This document shows positions 40,305-49,637 of a DNA stretch of 64,000 nt, piece by piece. The DNA is taken from assembly GCA_900539465.1 (NCBI GenBank), contig UQCF01000010.1:20515-84514 (forward strand), in the 5' to 3' direction. The stretch comes from an uncultured Ruminococcus sp. GTDB lineage: Bacteria; Bacillota; Clostridia; Oscillospirales; Acutalibacteraceae. How positions within the stretch are numbered: the first letter of the stretch is position 1; each line of letters starts with the position of its first letter. The notes below the pieces were generated by a model. It worked only from the letters and a program-made list of their open reading frames with translations. It was not told where the DNA came from and ran no database searches. A program made the position numbers and the translations under genes.

Positions 40305-41201
40305 TCAAGCTACGGGATTTTTCTTATTACCTTTAGCGTTAGTATGCGCTTGTGACATTAAAACACTCAAAATCATTATTGCAAGTGCAAAATCGCAAGT
40401 TTGAATACCGTATCCATTCGGGAGAAGATCTCCCCTGCCGATTATGAGCAAAACCGCTCTCGGTACAAAGCAGGCGAGTGAAAATACCGCCGCGGGTATT
40501 CCGTAGGCAAAGAGCTTCCAATAATTCTCGCCCTTATCAACCTTAGAAACATTCTGAGCAAAAACATAAAGGAAAAGCATAACAAAAACTATTGCAAAAA
40601 GCTCTATCAAAAGGTCTGAAACATTTATAAAGCTGATGGTTCTCTTGAACCTTGCGAGCAAACGCATAACCGCCCAAAGAGGTGCGGCAAGAGCAATAAT
40701 TTTAACAGACGGCGCAATATTCTTTTTAGCGGCGCTGCCACCGGCGAGAGTGAAGAAATAAACCGCCGAAACTATTGCAAAAACAGCCTGTGCCGCAAGT
40801 ATATTTCCGCCTTTTTGAGAAATATACTGCATTAAAGTGTTGTCAAAGTTATATTCGTATGACGAATAAATCTCTAAAAAATCAGAAACACAAACGGCTG
40901 CGTCCGCAATCATACCGATTGCCGCTATACCGTAGATAACTGCGCCGCCGACGGGTGAAAGCCCCGTTGGCATTGCCTTTAGCTTTTTGCGGTTTACAAG
41001 CGAAATCACGATACTGAAAACAACAATAAAAGCCATTACGGCATACATGAGATATACAGAAAAATCTTTTTTGGCATAAAAGCCGGTCTCGGGTTCAAGA
41101 ATCTTAAAATACTGATAAACCCTCAGCGGAAGAAAAATTATTATCGCCGCTGCCGCCGCAACAAATGAAGCTAAAAAAGGATAATCTTTTTTATTTTTCA
41201 T
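40305..41201 (-). CDS. Hypothetical integral membrane protein
   Basis: 298 aa, about 8 TM helices, no recognisable motifs. Confidence 0.5.
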   Translation of the reverse strand: MKNKKDYPFLASFVAAAAAIIIFLPLRVYQYFKILEPETGFYAKKDFSVYLMYAVMAFIVVFSIVISLVNRKKLKAMPTGLSPVGGAVIYGIAAIGMIADAAVCVSDFLEIYSSYEYNFDNTLMQYISQKGGNILAAQAVFAIVSAVYFFTLAGGSAAKKNIAPSVKIIALAAPLWAVMRLLARFKRTISFINVSDLLIELFAIVFVMLFLYVFAQNVSKVDKGENYWKLFAYGIPAAVFSLACFVPRAVLLIIGRGDLLPNGYGIQTCDFALAIMILSVLMSQAHTNAKGNKKNPVA

Positions 41202-41218
41202 ATAAAGTCACTCGATTC

Positions 41219-42640
41219 TTATTTTTTTATACGTTCCGAAACGGGAACATAATCGTTTTCAACTACGGGAGCTGCCGACCTTTGAGAAAGCTCAACATAA
41301 TTTCTCGGAGCAGCAACGCTCTTGTAAGCAGGTCTAATTATTCTGTTGCCTGTTGTAAGCTCTTCTATTCTGTGAGCAGACCAGCCGGCTACACGCGCAA
41401 CCGCAAACAAAGGCGTGTAGAGATCCTGCGGAATATCAAGCATTTTATAAATGAAGCCGGAATACAAATCTACATTTGCACAAAGCGGTTTATTGACGCC
41501 CTTATGCTCTCTGAATACCTTGGGGGTTAAACGCTCGACGGCGTCAATGAGGTTAAACTCTTCTGTTCTGCCGCATTTCTCCGCAAATTTGCGCGCCTCT
41601 TCTTTAAGAATTACCGCCCTCGGGTCGGAAAGCGTATACACCGCATGACCCATGCCGTATATAAGTCCGCTCTTATCAAAAACCTCTCTGTTTATAATTT
41701 TAATAAGGTATTTTTCTACGTTTTCGTCCTTTGTTATATCGCCTGCATTTTCTCTTATATCGTCGAGCATATTAGACACTTTGATGTTTGCACCGCCGTG
41801 CCTCGGTCCTTTAAGAGAGCCTATGCCTGCGGCTATCGCAGAATAAGTATCGGTGCCGCTCGAAGTCAGAACGCGCGTTGCAAAGCTCGAATTGTTGCCG
41901 CCGCCGTGCTCTGCGTGCATCATCAGGCAAGTATCAAGAAGAAGTGCCTCATCCTTTGTGAACTTGCGGTCTGAGCGTATTGAATTGAGTATACATTCTG
42001 CCGTGCTCTGCCAGGGCTTAATCGGATGTATGTACATACTCTTTCCGTAAAAATGACGGCGTTTGACCTGATATGAATATGACATGATCGCCGGAAGTCT
42101 TGCAATAAGCTGAACAGACTGCCTTATGACATTGTCTACCGAAGTATCGTCGGGATTATCGTCATAGGAATAAAGCGCAAGAACGCTTCTTGCAAGCTTG
42201 TTCATTATATCTTTTGACGGAGCCTTCATTATCATGTCTTCGCTGAATCCGGGCGGAAGCTCGCGGCATTTGCCGAGAATTTCCATAAAAGTATCCAGCT
42301 GTTCTTTATTCGGCAAAAACCCGAATATCAAAAGCCATACGACCTCTTCGTAGCCGAATCGCCTTTCTTTTTGCGCACTTCTGACGATTTCGGACATATC
42401 GTATCCGCGGTAAAACAAATGACCCTCGTGGGGTACAAGCTCGCCGTCGTTGAGATAATAACCGTCAACCGAGCATACTCTGGTAAGACCCGCCATAACT
42501 CCCGTACCGTCGGAGTTTCTCAGACCTCTTTTAACACCGTAGCGTTCAAAATATGCCGGGTTAATAGCGTTAACCTTTTTTATATTGCTTATGAGAAAAT
42601 CAAGATTCTCTTTAGTAAGCGGAGTTGACTCTGTAACCAC
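41219..42640 (-). CDS. Citrate synthase
   Basis: Citrate synthase family motifs (GYGHAVY region, HGGANIKV-like region); 473 aa. Confidence 0.85.
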   Translation of the reverse strand: MVTESTPLTKENLDFLISNIKKVNAINPAYFERYGVKRGLRNSDGTGVMAGLTRVCSVDGYYLNDGELVPHEGHLFYRGYDMSEIVRSAQKERRFGYEEVVWLLIFGFLPNKEQLDTFMEILGKCRELPPGFSEDMIMKAPSKDIMNKLARSVLALYSYDDNPDDTSVDNVIRQSVQLIARLPAIMSYSYQVKRRHFYGKSMYIHPIKPWQSTAECILNSIRSDRKFTKDEALLLDTCLMMHAEHGGGNNSSFATRVLTSSGTDTYSAIAAGIGSLKGPRHGGANIKVSNMLDDIRENAGDITKDENVEKYLIKIINREVFDKSGLIYGMGHAVYTLSDPRAVILKEEARKFAEKCGRTEEFNLIDAVERLTPKVFREHKGVNKPLCANVDLYSGFIYKMLDIPQDLYTPLFAVARVAGWSAHRIEELTTGNRIIRPAYKSVAAPRNYVELSQRSAAPVVENDYVPVSERIKK

Positions 42641-42870
42641 TATAACACCACCTTAATAATTACTCTTGATTATACAACAAAATCCGCTTTCAAGTCAAGA
42701 AAAATAGAAACATATGCATTAAAAAGTGCGGCAATGCAAAAAATATGCACTCGGCAGATATAAAAAACGGCCTGAATTATCCGTAAATAAGGCCGATAAA
42801 TCAAACAGTTGAAAAGAGTCGATTTTATGTTATAATCTAATTTATACAAAAGAGAGACGGGGTAAGCGGC

Positions 42871-44535
42871 GTGACAAGTCAGAAAAAGAAAATGTTTATA
42901 ACAGGCGGCTTGGTTTTGATTGCCGTCGTTTTGGCATATTGCTTCAGATTTATAGACAACGGCAGTTTTTATCCCACGCTGTTTTCATATCTTCGCAGCT
43001 TTATATATATAGGTATGTTTGCGGTTTGGGGACTTTCTGTGCGTCAGCGCATAGTTCAAAATCAGGTGAGGCAGTATCTTACCGGTGTTTCGCTGCTGCT
43101 GATTTTGTGGTTTACCTTTCGCTCGGCAAAATACTTTATATTTTGGCAGCCGATTGCAATAAGATACATGTGGTATCTTTTCTATCTGCCAATGCTGTTT
43201 GTGCCCATGCTTGCACTGCTGATCGCAATGTCTCTTGGCAAACCGGATGAATACAAACCGCCGAAATCAGTTTGGCTGTTGTTTGCCGTTTCGGGAGCTC
43301 TGCTTATTCTTGTACTGACAAATGATTTACATCAGTTGGTTTTTACGTTTTCCAAAGACGCGGATGTTTGGTCGGACACAAACTACGGATACGGTGCGTG
43401 TTATTTTGCCGTAATCGGATGGCAGATTCTTTGCGGCGTTGCGGCACTCGTTGTTATGCTGTTCAAATGCCGCATTAAAAACGGCAGACGCCGAATTTGG
43501 CCTGTAATTCCTTTGGCCGTTTCACTGATTTATTCCGCACTGTATTATTTAGACGTTTCGTGGCTGAAGACTTTGTTCGGCGACGTAACGGCTTTTCAAT
43601 GCCTTATGTATATGCTTTGCTTTGAGGCTTGTATCGCCTGTGGGTATATTCACTCAAATAGCCGATACGCCGATTTGTTTGCTTCTTCGGTGGGCACATC
43701 TGCCGAAATCACCGACAAAGATTACAATGTGCGTTATGCGGCGTTAAACACCGAAACTATATCCAAAGAGGACATGATAAAATCCAAACAAAGCCCTGTT
43801 ACAACCGACGGCGGCCTGACTGTTCACACCATGCCTATCGACGGCGGTTATGCCGTGTGGACAGAGGATTTATCGGCTCTGCTTGAAATTAAGGAAGAAT
43901 CCGAAAGTCTTGCCGAAGAACTGGTTGAAAGAAACAATCTGCTGCGCTATGAATACAAACGCGAAGCAAAACGGCGCAAGGTTGAGGAACAAAACCGCTT
44001 ATATGATTTGCTTCAATCGGCAACTCAAACGCAGATTGACCGCATATCCGTGCTTGCAAAAGAATATCGCAACACTTCAAAATCCGACACGCTCAGAGCC
44101 AAAAAATTGCTTTCTGAAATTGCCGTACTTTGCAGTTATATTAAGCGCCGTAAACATTTGACCTTGCTGACCGATCGCGACTATAAGGTTGCCGTCGGCG
44201 AGCTTGAGCGGGCATTTTCCGAATCTTTGCAAACCCTAAAGCTTTTGAATGTACGCAGTACGCTTTATATCGACAGCGGTATTTCTATGCTCCCGGGCAA
44301 GACCGCGGCCGCCGTATTGGACTTTTATGAGGCGGTTATTGAAAGCGACTTTGAAAATCCGGCAAGCATACAAGTAAGCCTTGCAGATGCGGACGGATTG
44401 CGTTTGTCGCTCAATGTGCGCTGCAAAGCGGATTTATCCGCTTTTGCCGAAAATGAGAATGTCCGCTATTATGCAGATGAAGATGAGGGCTATCAACACA
44501 TTGTATTCTTCCCCGAAGGAGGTGCCGACAGATGA
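42871..44535 (+). CDS. Membrane protein with N-terminal 7TM receptor-like domain and C-terminal degenerate histidine-kinase-like region
   Basis: Seven predicted TM helices in the first 260 aa. The C-terminal region resembles the HisKA_3 dimerisation region but lacks the His (RLYDLLQS in place of the H-box). GTG start with ATGA overlap into the next gene. Confidence 0.5.
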   Translation: MTSQKKKMFITGGLVLIAVVLAYCFRFIDNGSFYPTLFSYLRSFIYIGMFAVWGLSVRQRIVQNQVRQYLTGVSLLLILWFTFRSAKYFIFWQPIAIRYMWYLFYLPMLFVPMLALLIAMSLGKPDEYKPPKSVWLLFAVSGALLILVLTNDLHQLVFTFSKDADVWSDTNYGYGACYFAVIGWQILCGVAALVVMLFKCRIKNGRRRIWPVIPLAVSLIYSALYYLDVSWLKTLFGDVTAFQCLMYMLCFEACIACGYIHSNSRYADLFASSVGTSAEITDKDYNVRYAALNTETISKEDMIKSKQSPVTTDGGLTVHTMPIDGGYAVWTEDLSALLEIKEESESLAEELVERNNLLRYEYKREAKRRKVEEQNRLYDLLQSATQTQIDRISVLAKEYRNTSKSDTLRAKKLLSEIAVLCSYIKRRKHLTLLTDRDYKVAVGELERAFSESLQTLKLLNVRSTLYIDSGISMLPGKTAAAVLDFYEAVIESDFENPASIQVSLADADGLRLSLNVRCKADLSAFAENENVRYYADEDEGYQHIVFFPEGGADR

Positions 44536-45782
44536 GCGCATTTTCTTCACTTCATGTTTTTTGGCAAACCGCAATTCCCATGATATTGTTTTGTGAGGCG
44601 GTGCTGGAGCTTGGACTTTTCCTGTACCAAATTCTCCGCAGTAAAAAGCCTTTACGCAGTCTGCCGTGTGCCGTCGGTTTTGTTGTATTGATTACAATGT
44701 TGTATGCGGTTACCCAGGGTGACCCCTGTGAGGGAAAGAACGCGTTTTTGCTCGGTGCGCCGTGGATAATTTTTGCTGTTATAATCGTTTCGGCGGCAAT
44801 TCACTTTTCTGTTGCTTTGCCGAGAGAGTACCGCCGCCGCAAGAACGAGCTCTCCCCCTCCTCTATTAAAGAAGCCACCGACAAGCTGCCGATGGGTATT
44901 GGCTTCGCCGACCCGGACGGACGCATTATTCTTTGCAATAACTTGCTGCGCCGCCTCTCATTTACGCTATGCGGCCATGAGTTGCAGGTATCCGAAGATT
45001 TGGAGCGTGCCTTAGCGCACCCCAATCAAACAGTTTCGGTTAAAGACGATTGCTACATCTTACCCGACGGAACCGTGTGGCAGTTCCGTACACAAAACAT
45101 AACCGTAGACGGTGATAACCGCTGGCAGCAAATGACAGCTCATAATGTTACCGAGCTTTATAACGGCAATGTGCGTCAGTCTCAAATCAACAGCGAGCTC
45201 AAAAAAGTCAACAGTCAGCTTCAAAAAATGTATGAGCGCATGGCGGACGACATCAAAGAAAAGGAAAGCCTTGACCTCAAAATACATATTCACGATACAA
45301 TAGGAAGAAGTCTGCTGACTATCCGTGATATAATCGAAAGCGGAGAGGACACCGACAAAAAGCTTAAAGTCTTACAGGATGCAGTTGCCGTATTGACAAG
45401 TGACCGTGTTGTACCGCACGGCACAATGGACGAGGTAAAGCAAACAGCGCAGGCTTTGGGAGTAACGGTGCTGACAGAGGGCTATTTGCCGCCCGATTCG
45501 ACCGCCGAGGAACTGACGGTAGCAGCCGCTAAAGAGTGTGTGACAAACTGCATCAAGCACGCTTGCGGCACAAAAGTTTTTATACGCATTGCCGAACACG
45601 GCGAACTTTATGACATTACAATAACCAATAACGGCAAAATCCCCGTCGGTCCGATCAAGGAAGGCAGCGGCCTCACATCGCTTCGCCGCAGAATTGAATC
45701 TTTCGGCGGTGAAATGCACACTGCATACAAGCCTCGTTTTGCACTGCTCATCACACTTGAGTCAAAGGAGACGGAATTATGA
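44532..45782 (+). CDS. Sensor histidine kinase, NarL/HisKA_3 type
   Basis: Four N-terminal TM helices, H-box KIHIHDTIGRSL, HATPase_c region with NNGKIPVG and GSGLTSLRRR. Confidence 0.75.
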   Translation: MSAFSSLHVFWQTAIPMILFCEAVLELGLFLYQILRSKKPLRSLPCAVGFVVLITMLYAVTQGDPCEGKNAFLLGAPWIIFAVIIVSAAIHFSVALPREYRRRKNELSPSSIKEATDKLPMGIGFADPDGRIILCNNLLRRLSFTLCGHELQVSEDLERALAHPNQTVSVKDDCYILPDGTVWQFRTQNITVDGDNRWQQMTAHNVTELYNGNVRQSQINSELKKVNSQLQKMYERMADDIKEKESLDLKIHIHDTIGRSLLTIRDIIESGEDTDKKLKVLQDAVAVLTSDRVVPHGTMDEVKQTAQALGVTVLTEGYLPPDSTAEELTVAAAKECVTNCIKHACGTKVFIRIAEHGELYDITITNNGKIPVGPIKEGSGLTSLRRRIESFGGEMHTAYKPRFALLITLESKETEL

Positions 45783-46408
45783 TTAACACCATACTCGTAG
45801 AAGACGATTTATATATTCAAAAGCATCTCACCGAGCGGCTCAATTCAGACGGCAAATTTTGCCTTGTCGGCGTCTACCGCGACGCTTTTGAAGCAGAGCG
45901 ATACTGTAACGGTTCTGTACGGCTTATTCTTATGGATGTGCAGACACAGCACAAGCACTCCGGTCTTGCTGCGGCAGAACGCATAAAAAAAGCGTTTCCA
46001 AACATTAAAATCGTTATTGTGACTTCACTTGTCGACCCTGAAGTGCTTGCAAAGGCAAAGACAGGAGCCGCAGACAGTTTGTGGTATAAAGATCACGGAA
46101 CAGATGAACTTTTAGATGTGATAAATCGTACTCTTGGCGGTGAAAACGTATTTCCAAACACCTCCCCCGCCGTCGAAATGGAGGGAACCATGTCCGACAC
46201 TTTTTCGCCCCGTCAGCTTGATATACTGCGATGGTACATACGTGGACTGACGTATCAGGAAATTGCCGACAAATTCGGAATTTCCAAAAACGGTGTTCGC
46301 TGGAACTTGGATGACATGGTTGAAAAAGGCGGTTTTCCGAATCGGGAAGCGCTCGTTGCCACCGCTATTGAAAACAAGCTTATGGTAACCACCTTAAAAG
46401 ATGAATAA
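45779..46408 (+). CDS. NarL/LuxR family response regulator
   Basis: REC domain (ILVEDD..LILMDVQ) plus LuxR-type HTH (LTYQEIADKFGISKNGVRWNL). 4-nt overlap with the kinase gene. Confidence 0.85.
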   Translation: MINTILVEDDLYIQKHLTERLNSDGKFCLVGVYRDAFEAERYCNGSVRLILMDVQTQHKHSGLAAAERIKKAFPNIKIVIVTSLVDPEVLAKAKTGAADSLWYKDHGTDELLDVINRTLGGENVFPNTSPAVEMEGTMSDTFSPRQLDILRWYIRGLTYQEIADKFGISKNGVRWNLDDMVEKGGFPNREALVATAIENKLMVTTLKDE

Positions 46409-46494
46409 ATAAAATTTTGGAACTGTCGTATTCGGCACGGACTTTGCATCTAAATTCGGCAGTCTCATTTTTGCAAAAAGCACTGATTTTTATT

Positions 46495-46531
46495 CTGTTA
46501 CTGGCACAAGTGCCAGTGACAGAATTTTTTT
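46495..46531 (+). terminator. Rho-independent terminator after the response regulator gene
   Basis: Stem CTGTTACTGGCAC/GTGCCAGTGACAG with one mismatch, followed by AATTTTTTTT. Confidence 0.5.
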
Positions 46532-46587
46532 ATGGCCTTAAAATATACATGTAAATATTATGTGTGTTAAAAGGCGGTGATATAAAA

Positions 46588-46971
46588 ATGAAAAAAATCG
46601 TTTTAGACATTCAAAGCGGTATTCATGCTCACAATATGGAGCGGATGTTGATGCAAAAACTGGACGATTATCAGGTCATAATTTCGGAATCGCCGGATTC
46701 GACGGTAGGCTGGTGCGAAACGCACAAGCCCGACGTGCTGTTAATGGAAGTCAAGGCATACTCCCCTTGGATATTCTCTGAACGTATGAAAATTTGGGAG
46801 AAGGTCAAGCAAAGCATTGCAGCCTGCCGCGTCATTTTATTTGTGGACGATGAAAGCGATTTGGACTTGACCGAAAATGTTCGTCAAGCAAAAAGAAACG
46901 GTCTTATCGACGCTTTCCTGTTCGGCTCGGTATCGGATAACTACTTTGCATCTGTTATCGACAGCGTTTAG
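46588..46971 (+). CDS. Stand-alone receiver-like (pseudo-receiver) domain protein
   Basis: 128 aa with REC-like alternating beta/alpha pattern. The position expected for the phospho-Asp reads DVLLMEV (Glu in place of Asp). RBS AAAGGCGGTGA upstream. Confidence 0.4.
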   Translation: MKKIVLDIQSGIHAHNMERMLMQKLDDYQVIISESPDSTVGWCETHKPDVLLMEVKAYSPWIFSERMKIWEKVKQSIAACRVILFVDDESDLDLTENVRQAKRNGLIDAFLFGSVSDNYFASVIDSV

Positions 46972-47193
46972 AAAAATTCAATTGTCACGCTATTGGCTGT
47001 GCGGGCATTGCCGTCACAATGGGTTATGACGCCGGATGCGACGAAAGCCGGTGCTGCAAGGATACATACTTTAAGCAGCATCTTTAAGAAATACACAAAG
47101 ACCATCCGGACTTTGACGATCGTGATTCACTGCCCCGATACCGCAAAAGAGGGCTTAAAAATGCAGCTTCGATTATTAAAGAAGGTGATTAGA

Positions 47194-48081
47194 ATGAATT
47201 TTCAAAAAATTGCGGTAACAACGGCTTTATTACTGTTAGCGGCTTCGATATTTTCGGGTTGCGCGGCAAAACAGCCGGCAGAAAGCTCTGACCCGCAGAA
47301 AAAGAGCAGTGCCGCCGCCGCTTCATCCGCCGTGACGGTCAAGACCGATTCACGGCTTGCGGATTTACACAAAGCCATTGACAAGAGCGGATTTCAGGCA
47401 GGCATTGCATATATCGGTTATGTAGGCTCAAATGCGACTGAAGATGAAATGTATAATTATCTTAAAAGCAGCCAATACGCAGAAAAGTATTCGTTTCTCT
47501 GCGACGCCCCATTGATTGACGCAGGCGGCACAGAGCTGTATGCGGTTGTAACGACAAGAGAAGACCGCAGTGCTTCGGTATACCCTGCCGATATGAACAA
47601 TGACGGAACATATGATGTGCATACAGATAAAATACTTTATAAAGGCAAAGGCACAGACTGCATTTTGCTGCGCTGCAACCCAAGCGAACTGCACTCAAAT
47701 GTTTCTATCTTGTTCACAGCCGGTGATGAACACTTTTATGTAAACCCGATGATTTCGGGAGCAAACGGGCGGCTCGACAACACATATTGCTATGATTTTT
47801 CCGTTTATTCCGATGACGAGGGAATATCTGACGATGTAATAAATGCCTACTGTCTTCTTTCAGAAACCGATGAAGTGAAATATTACACCGATTTGGGCAT
47901 GAGCCTAAAATACACAGGGCAAACGCAAAATATTAACGGGCAAGAGTGCCAAATTTTTGCCATCGGCACAAATCACGAGGAGCAATTTGTCAAAGAAATT
48001 TTTTATGCCGTATCAAAACAAGACAAAATATATTTTTATGACGTGATAAGTGACAAATGGGATTTGCTCGGCAACGGTTAA
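47194..48081 (+). CDS. Hypothetical lipoprotein
   Basis: Signal peptide with lipobox IFSGCAA. Start at ATG 47194 (RBS AAGGTGA); the longer ORF from 46993 has no RBS or signal logic. Confidence 0.5.
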   Translation: MNFQKIAVTTALLLLAASIFSGCAAKQPAESSDPQKKSSAAAASSAVTVKTDSRLADLHKAIDKSGFQAGIAYIGYVGSNATEDEMYNYLKSSQYAEKYSFLCDAPLIDAGGTELYAVVTTREDRSASVYPADMNNDGTYDVHTDKILYKGKGTDCILLRCNPSELHSNVSILFTAGDEHFYVNPMISGANGRLDNTYCYDFSVYSDDEGISDDVINAYCLLSETDEVKYYTDLGMSLKYTGQTQNINGQECQIFAIGTNHEEQFVKEIFYAVSKQDKIYFYDVISDKWDLLGNG

Positions 48082-48142
48082 AAGCCGCGAAAAATCTCTT
48101 AAAACATAAAATAACGATACAAAACCGAAAGGAGTAATTATT

Positions 48143-49561
48143 ATGGGGCTTATTAAAGCAGGAGCAGGTGCTCTGGGCGGAACGCTCGCAGATCAATGGA
48201 AAGAATTTTTCTACTGCGAAGCTCTCCCCAATGACGTAATGATGAGAAAGGGCGAAAAACGCACAAGCGGCCGCTCTTCAAACACAAAGGGAAACGACAA
48301 CATTATTTCAAACGGCTCGGGAATTGCCGTTGCCGACGGTCAGTGCATGATTATCGTTGAGCAAGGCAAAATTGTTGAGGTCTGTGCGGAACCCGGAGAA
48401 TTTACATACGACACCTCGACCGAGCCGAGCATTTTCTCCGGCAATCTCGGCACAAGCATAAAAGATACATTTAAAACCATTGGCAAACGTTTCACATACG
48501 GCGGAGATACGGGCAAAGACCAGCGCGTTTACTATTTTAACACCAAGGAATTGATTGACAACAAATTCGGCACACCGAACCCTATCCCTTTCCGTGTTGT
48601 CGATTCAAAAATAGGTCTGGATATAGATGTATCCGTACGCTGTTCCGGCGTATATTCATATAAAATTGCCGATCCCCTGCTTTTCTACACCAACGTTTGC
48701 GGCAATGTTGAGCAGGAATACGGACGCGATGAGCTGGACGGACAATTAAAAACTGAATTTATCAGCGCATTACAGCCTGCATTCGGCAAGCTTTCGGATA
48801 TGGAACTTCGCCCGAATCAAATCGTTTCGCATAACACAGAGCTTGAGGACGCAATGAATACCGCCCTTTCGGCAAAGTGGGGCGAGCTTCGCGGGCTTAA
48901 AATTGTCAGCATAGCTCTCGGCTCGGTAACGCTCCCCGAAGAGGACGCGGAGCTGATAAAACAGGCACAGCGCACAGCCATTATGCGCGACCCGACTATG
49001 GCGGCTGCAACGCTTGTCGGCGCACAGGCAGACGCGATGAAGGCTGCGGCTTCAAATGAAGCGGGCGCAATGACAGGTTTTATGGGCATGGGCATGGCAA
49101 TGAACGCAGGCGGAGGCATGAATGCGCAAAATCTTTTTGCCATGGGTCAGCAACAGCAGCAACAGCAGCAACAACAGCAGACCGCATCGGCAGCACCTGC
49201 GGCAGATTCGTGGAAGTGCTCCTGCGGAGCCACCGTTGCCGGCAAATTCTGCCCCGAATGCGGAGCTAAAAAGCCCGAGCCGGTCAGTGCGGACTCTTGG
49301 AAATGCTCCTGCGGCGCAACGGTAACAGGCAAATTCTGCCCCGAATGCGGCTCCCCCAGACCTGCACAGGCAGACGGCTGGACTTGTGCGTGCGGCACGG
49401 TCAACAAGGGCAAATTCTGCCAGAACTGCGGTGCCAAAAAGCCGGAGGGCGCACCGCTCTATCGCTGTGACAAGTGCGGTTGGGAACCCGAGGATCCTCA
49501 TAATCCGCCCAAATTCTGCCCTGAGTGCGGCGACCCGTTTGACGACAACGACAAGAAATAA
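48143..49561 (+). CDS. SPFH/Band-7-like domain protein with low-complexity Gly/Met/Ala linker, poly-Gln tract and four C-terminal zinc-ribbon repeats
   Basis: N-terminus MGLIKAGAGALGGTLADQWKEFF. C-terminal repeats are three of pattern W-x-C-x-CG-x5-GKFC-x-(E/N)-CG then CDKCGW..KFCPECG. AAAGGAG RBS. Confidence 0.6.
   Translation: MGLIKAGAGALGGTLADQWKEFFYCEALPNDVMMRKGEKRTSGRSSNTKGNDNIISNGSGIAVADGQCMIIVEQGKIVEVCAEPGEFTYDTSTEPSIFSGNLGTSIKDTFKTIGKRFTYGGDTGKDQRVYYFNTKELIDNKFGTPNPIPFRVVDSKIGLDIDVSVRCSGVYSYKIADPLLFYTNVCGNVEQEYGRDELDGQLKTEFISALQPAFGKLSDMELRPNQIVSHNTELEDAMNTALSAKWGELRGLKIVSIALGSVTLPEEDAELIKQAQRTAIMRDPTMAAATLVGAQADAMKAAASNEAGAMTGFMGMGMAMNAGGGMNAQNLFAMGQQQQQQQQQQQTASAAPAADSWKCSCGATVAGKFCPECGAKKPEPVSADSWKCSCGATVTGKFCPECGSPRPAQADGWTCACGTVNKGKFCQNCGAKKPEGAPLYRCDKCGWEPEDPHNPPKFCPECGDPFDDNDKK
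49148..49180 (+). repeat. Uninterrupted (CAG/CAA)11 trinucleotide tract encoding poly-Gln
   Basis: cagcaacagcagcaacagcagcaacaacagcag inside the CDS 48143-49561. Confidence 0.9.
49205..49540 (+). repeat. Intragenic tandem repeats (about 87-nt period) encoding zinc-ribbon modules
   Basis: Units starting at 49205 and 49292 are near-identical at DNA level (..tggaa.tgctcctgcgg...ggcaaattctgccccgaatgcgg..). Diverged third and fourth copies at about 49373 and 49462. The motif aaattctgccccgaatgcgg recurs at 50703 in the next gene. Confidence 0.8.
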
Positions 49562-49637
49562 TATTTAAAAGCGATAAATGTTGAGGGTGCTATCCTCAAA
49601 ACATATAAGGCAAAGAAAACAATAAGGAGATTATGTT

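Noticed and set aside
46993-47193. Long N-terminal extension of the lipoprotein ORF (MAVRALPSQWVM...)
   Set aside because: It has no RBS and no signal-peptide logic. The internal ATG at 47194 has an RBS and starts a canonical lipoprotein signal peptide.
49562-49637. Hairpin TTGAGG-gtgctat-CCTCAA between the SPFH-like gene and the DUF4428-like gene as a terminator
   Set aside because: It has a 6-bp stem only and no following T-run, and the genes look co-transcribed. At most it is a weak attenuator.
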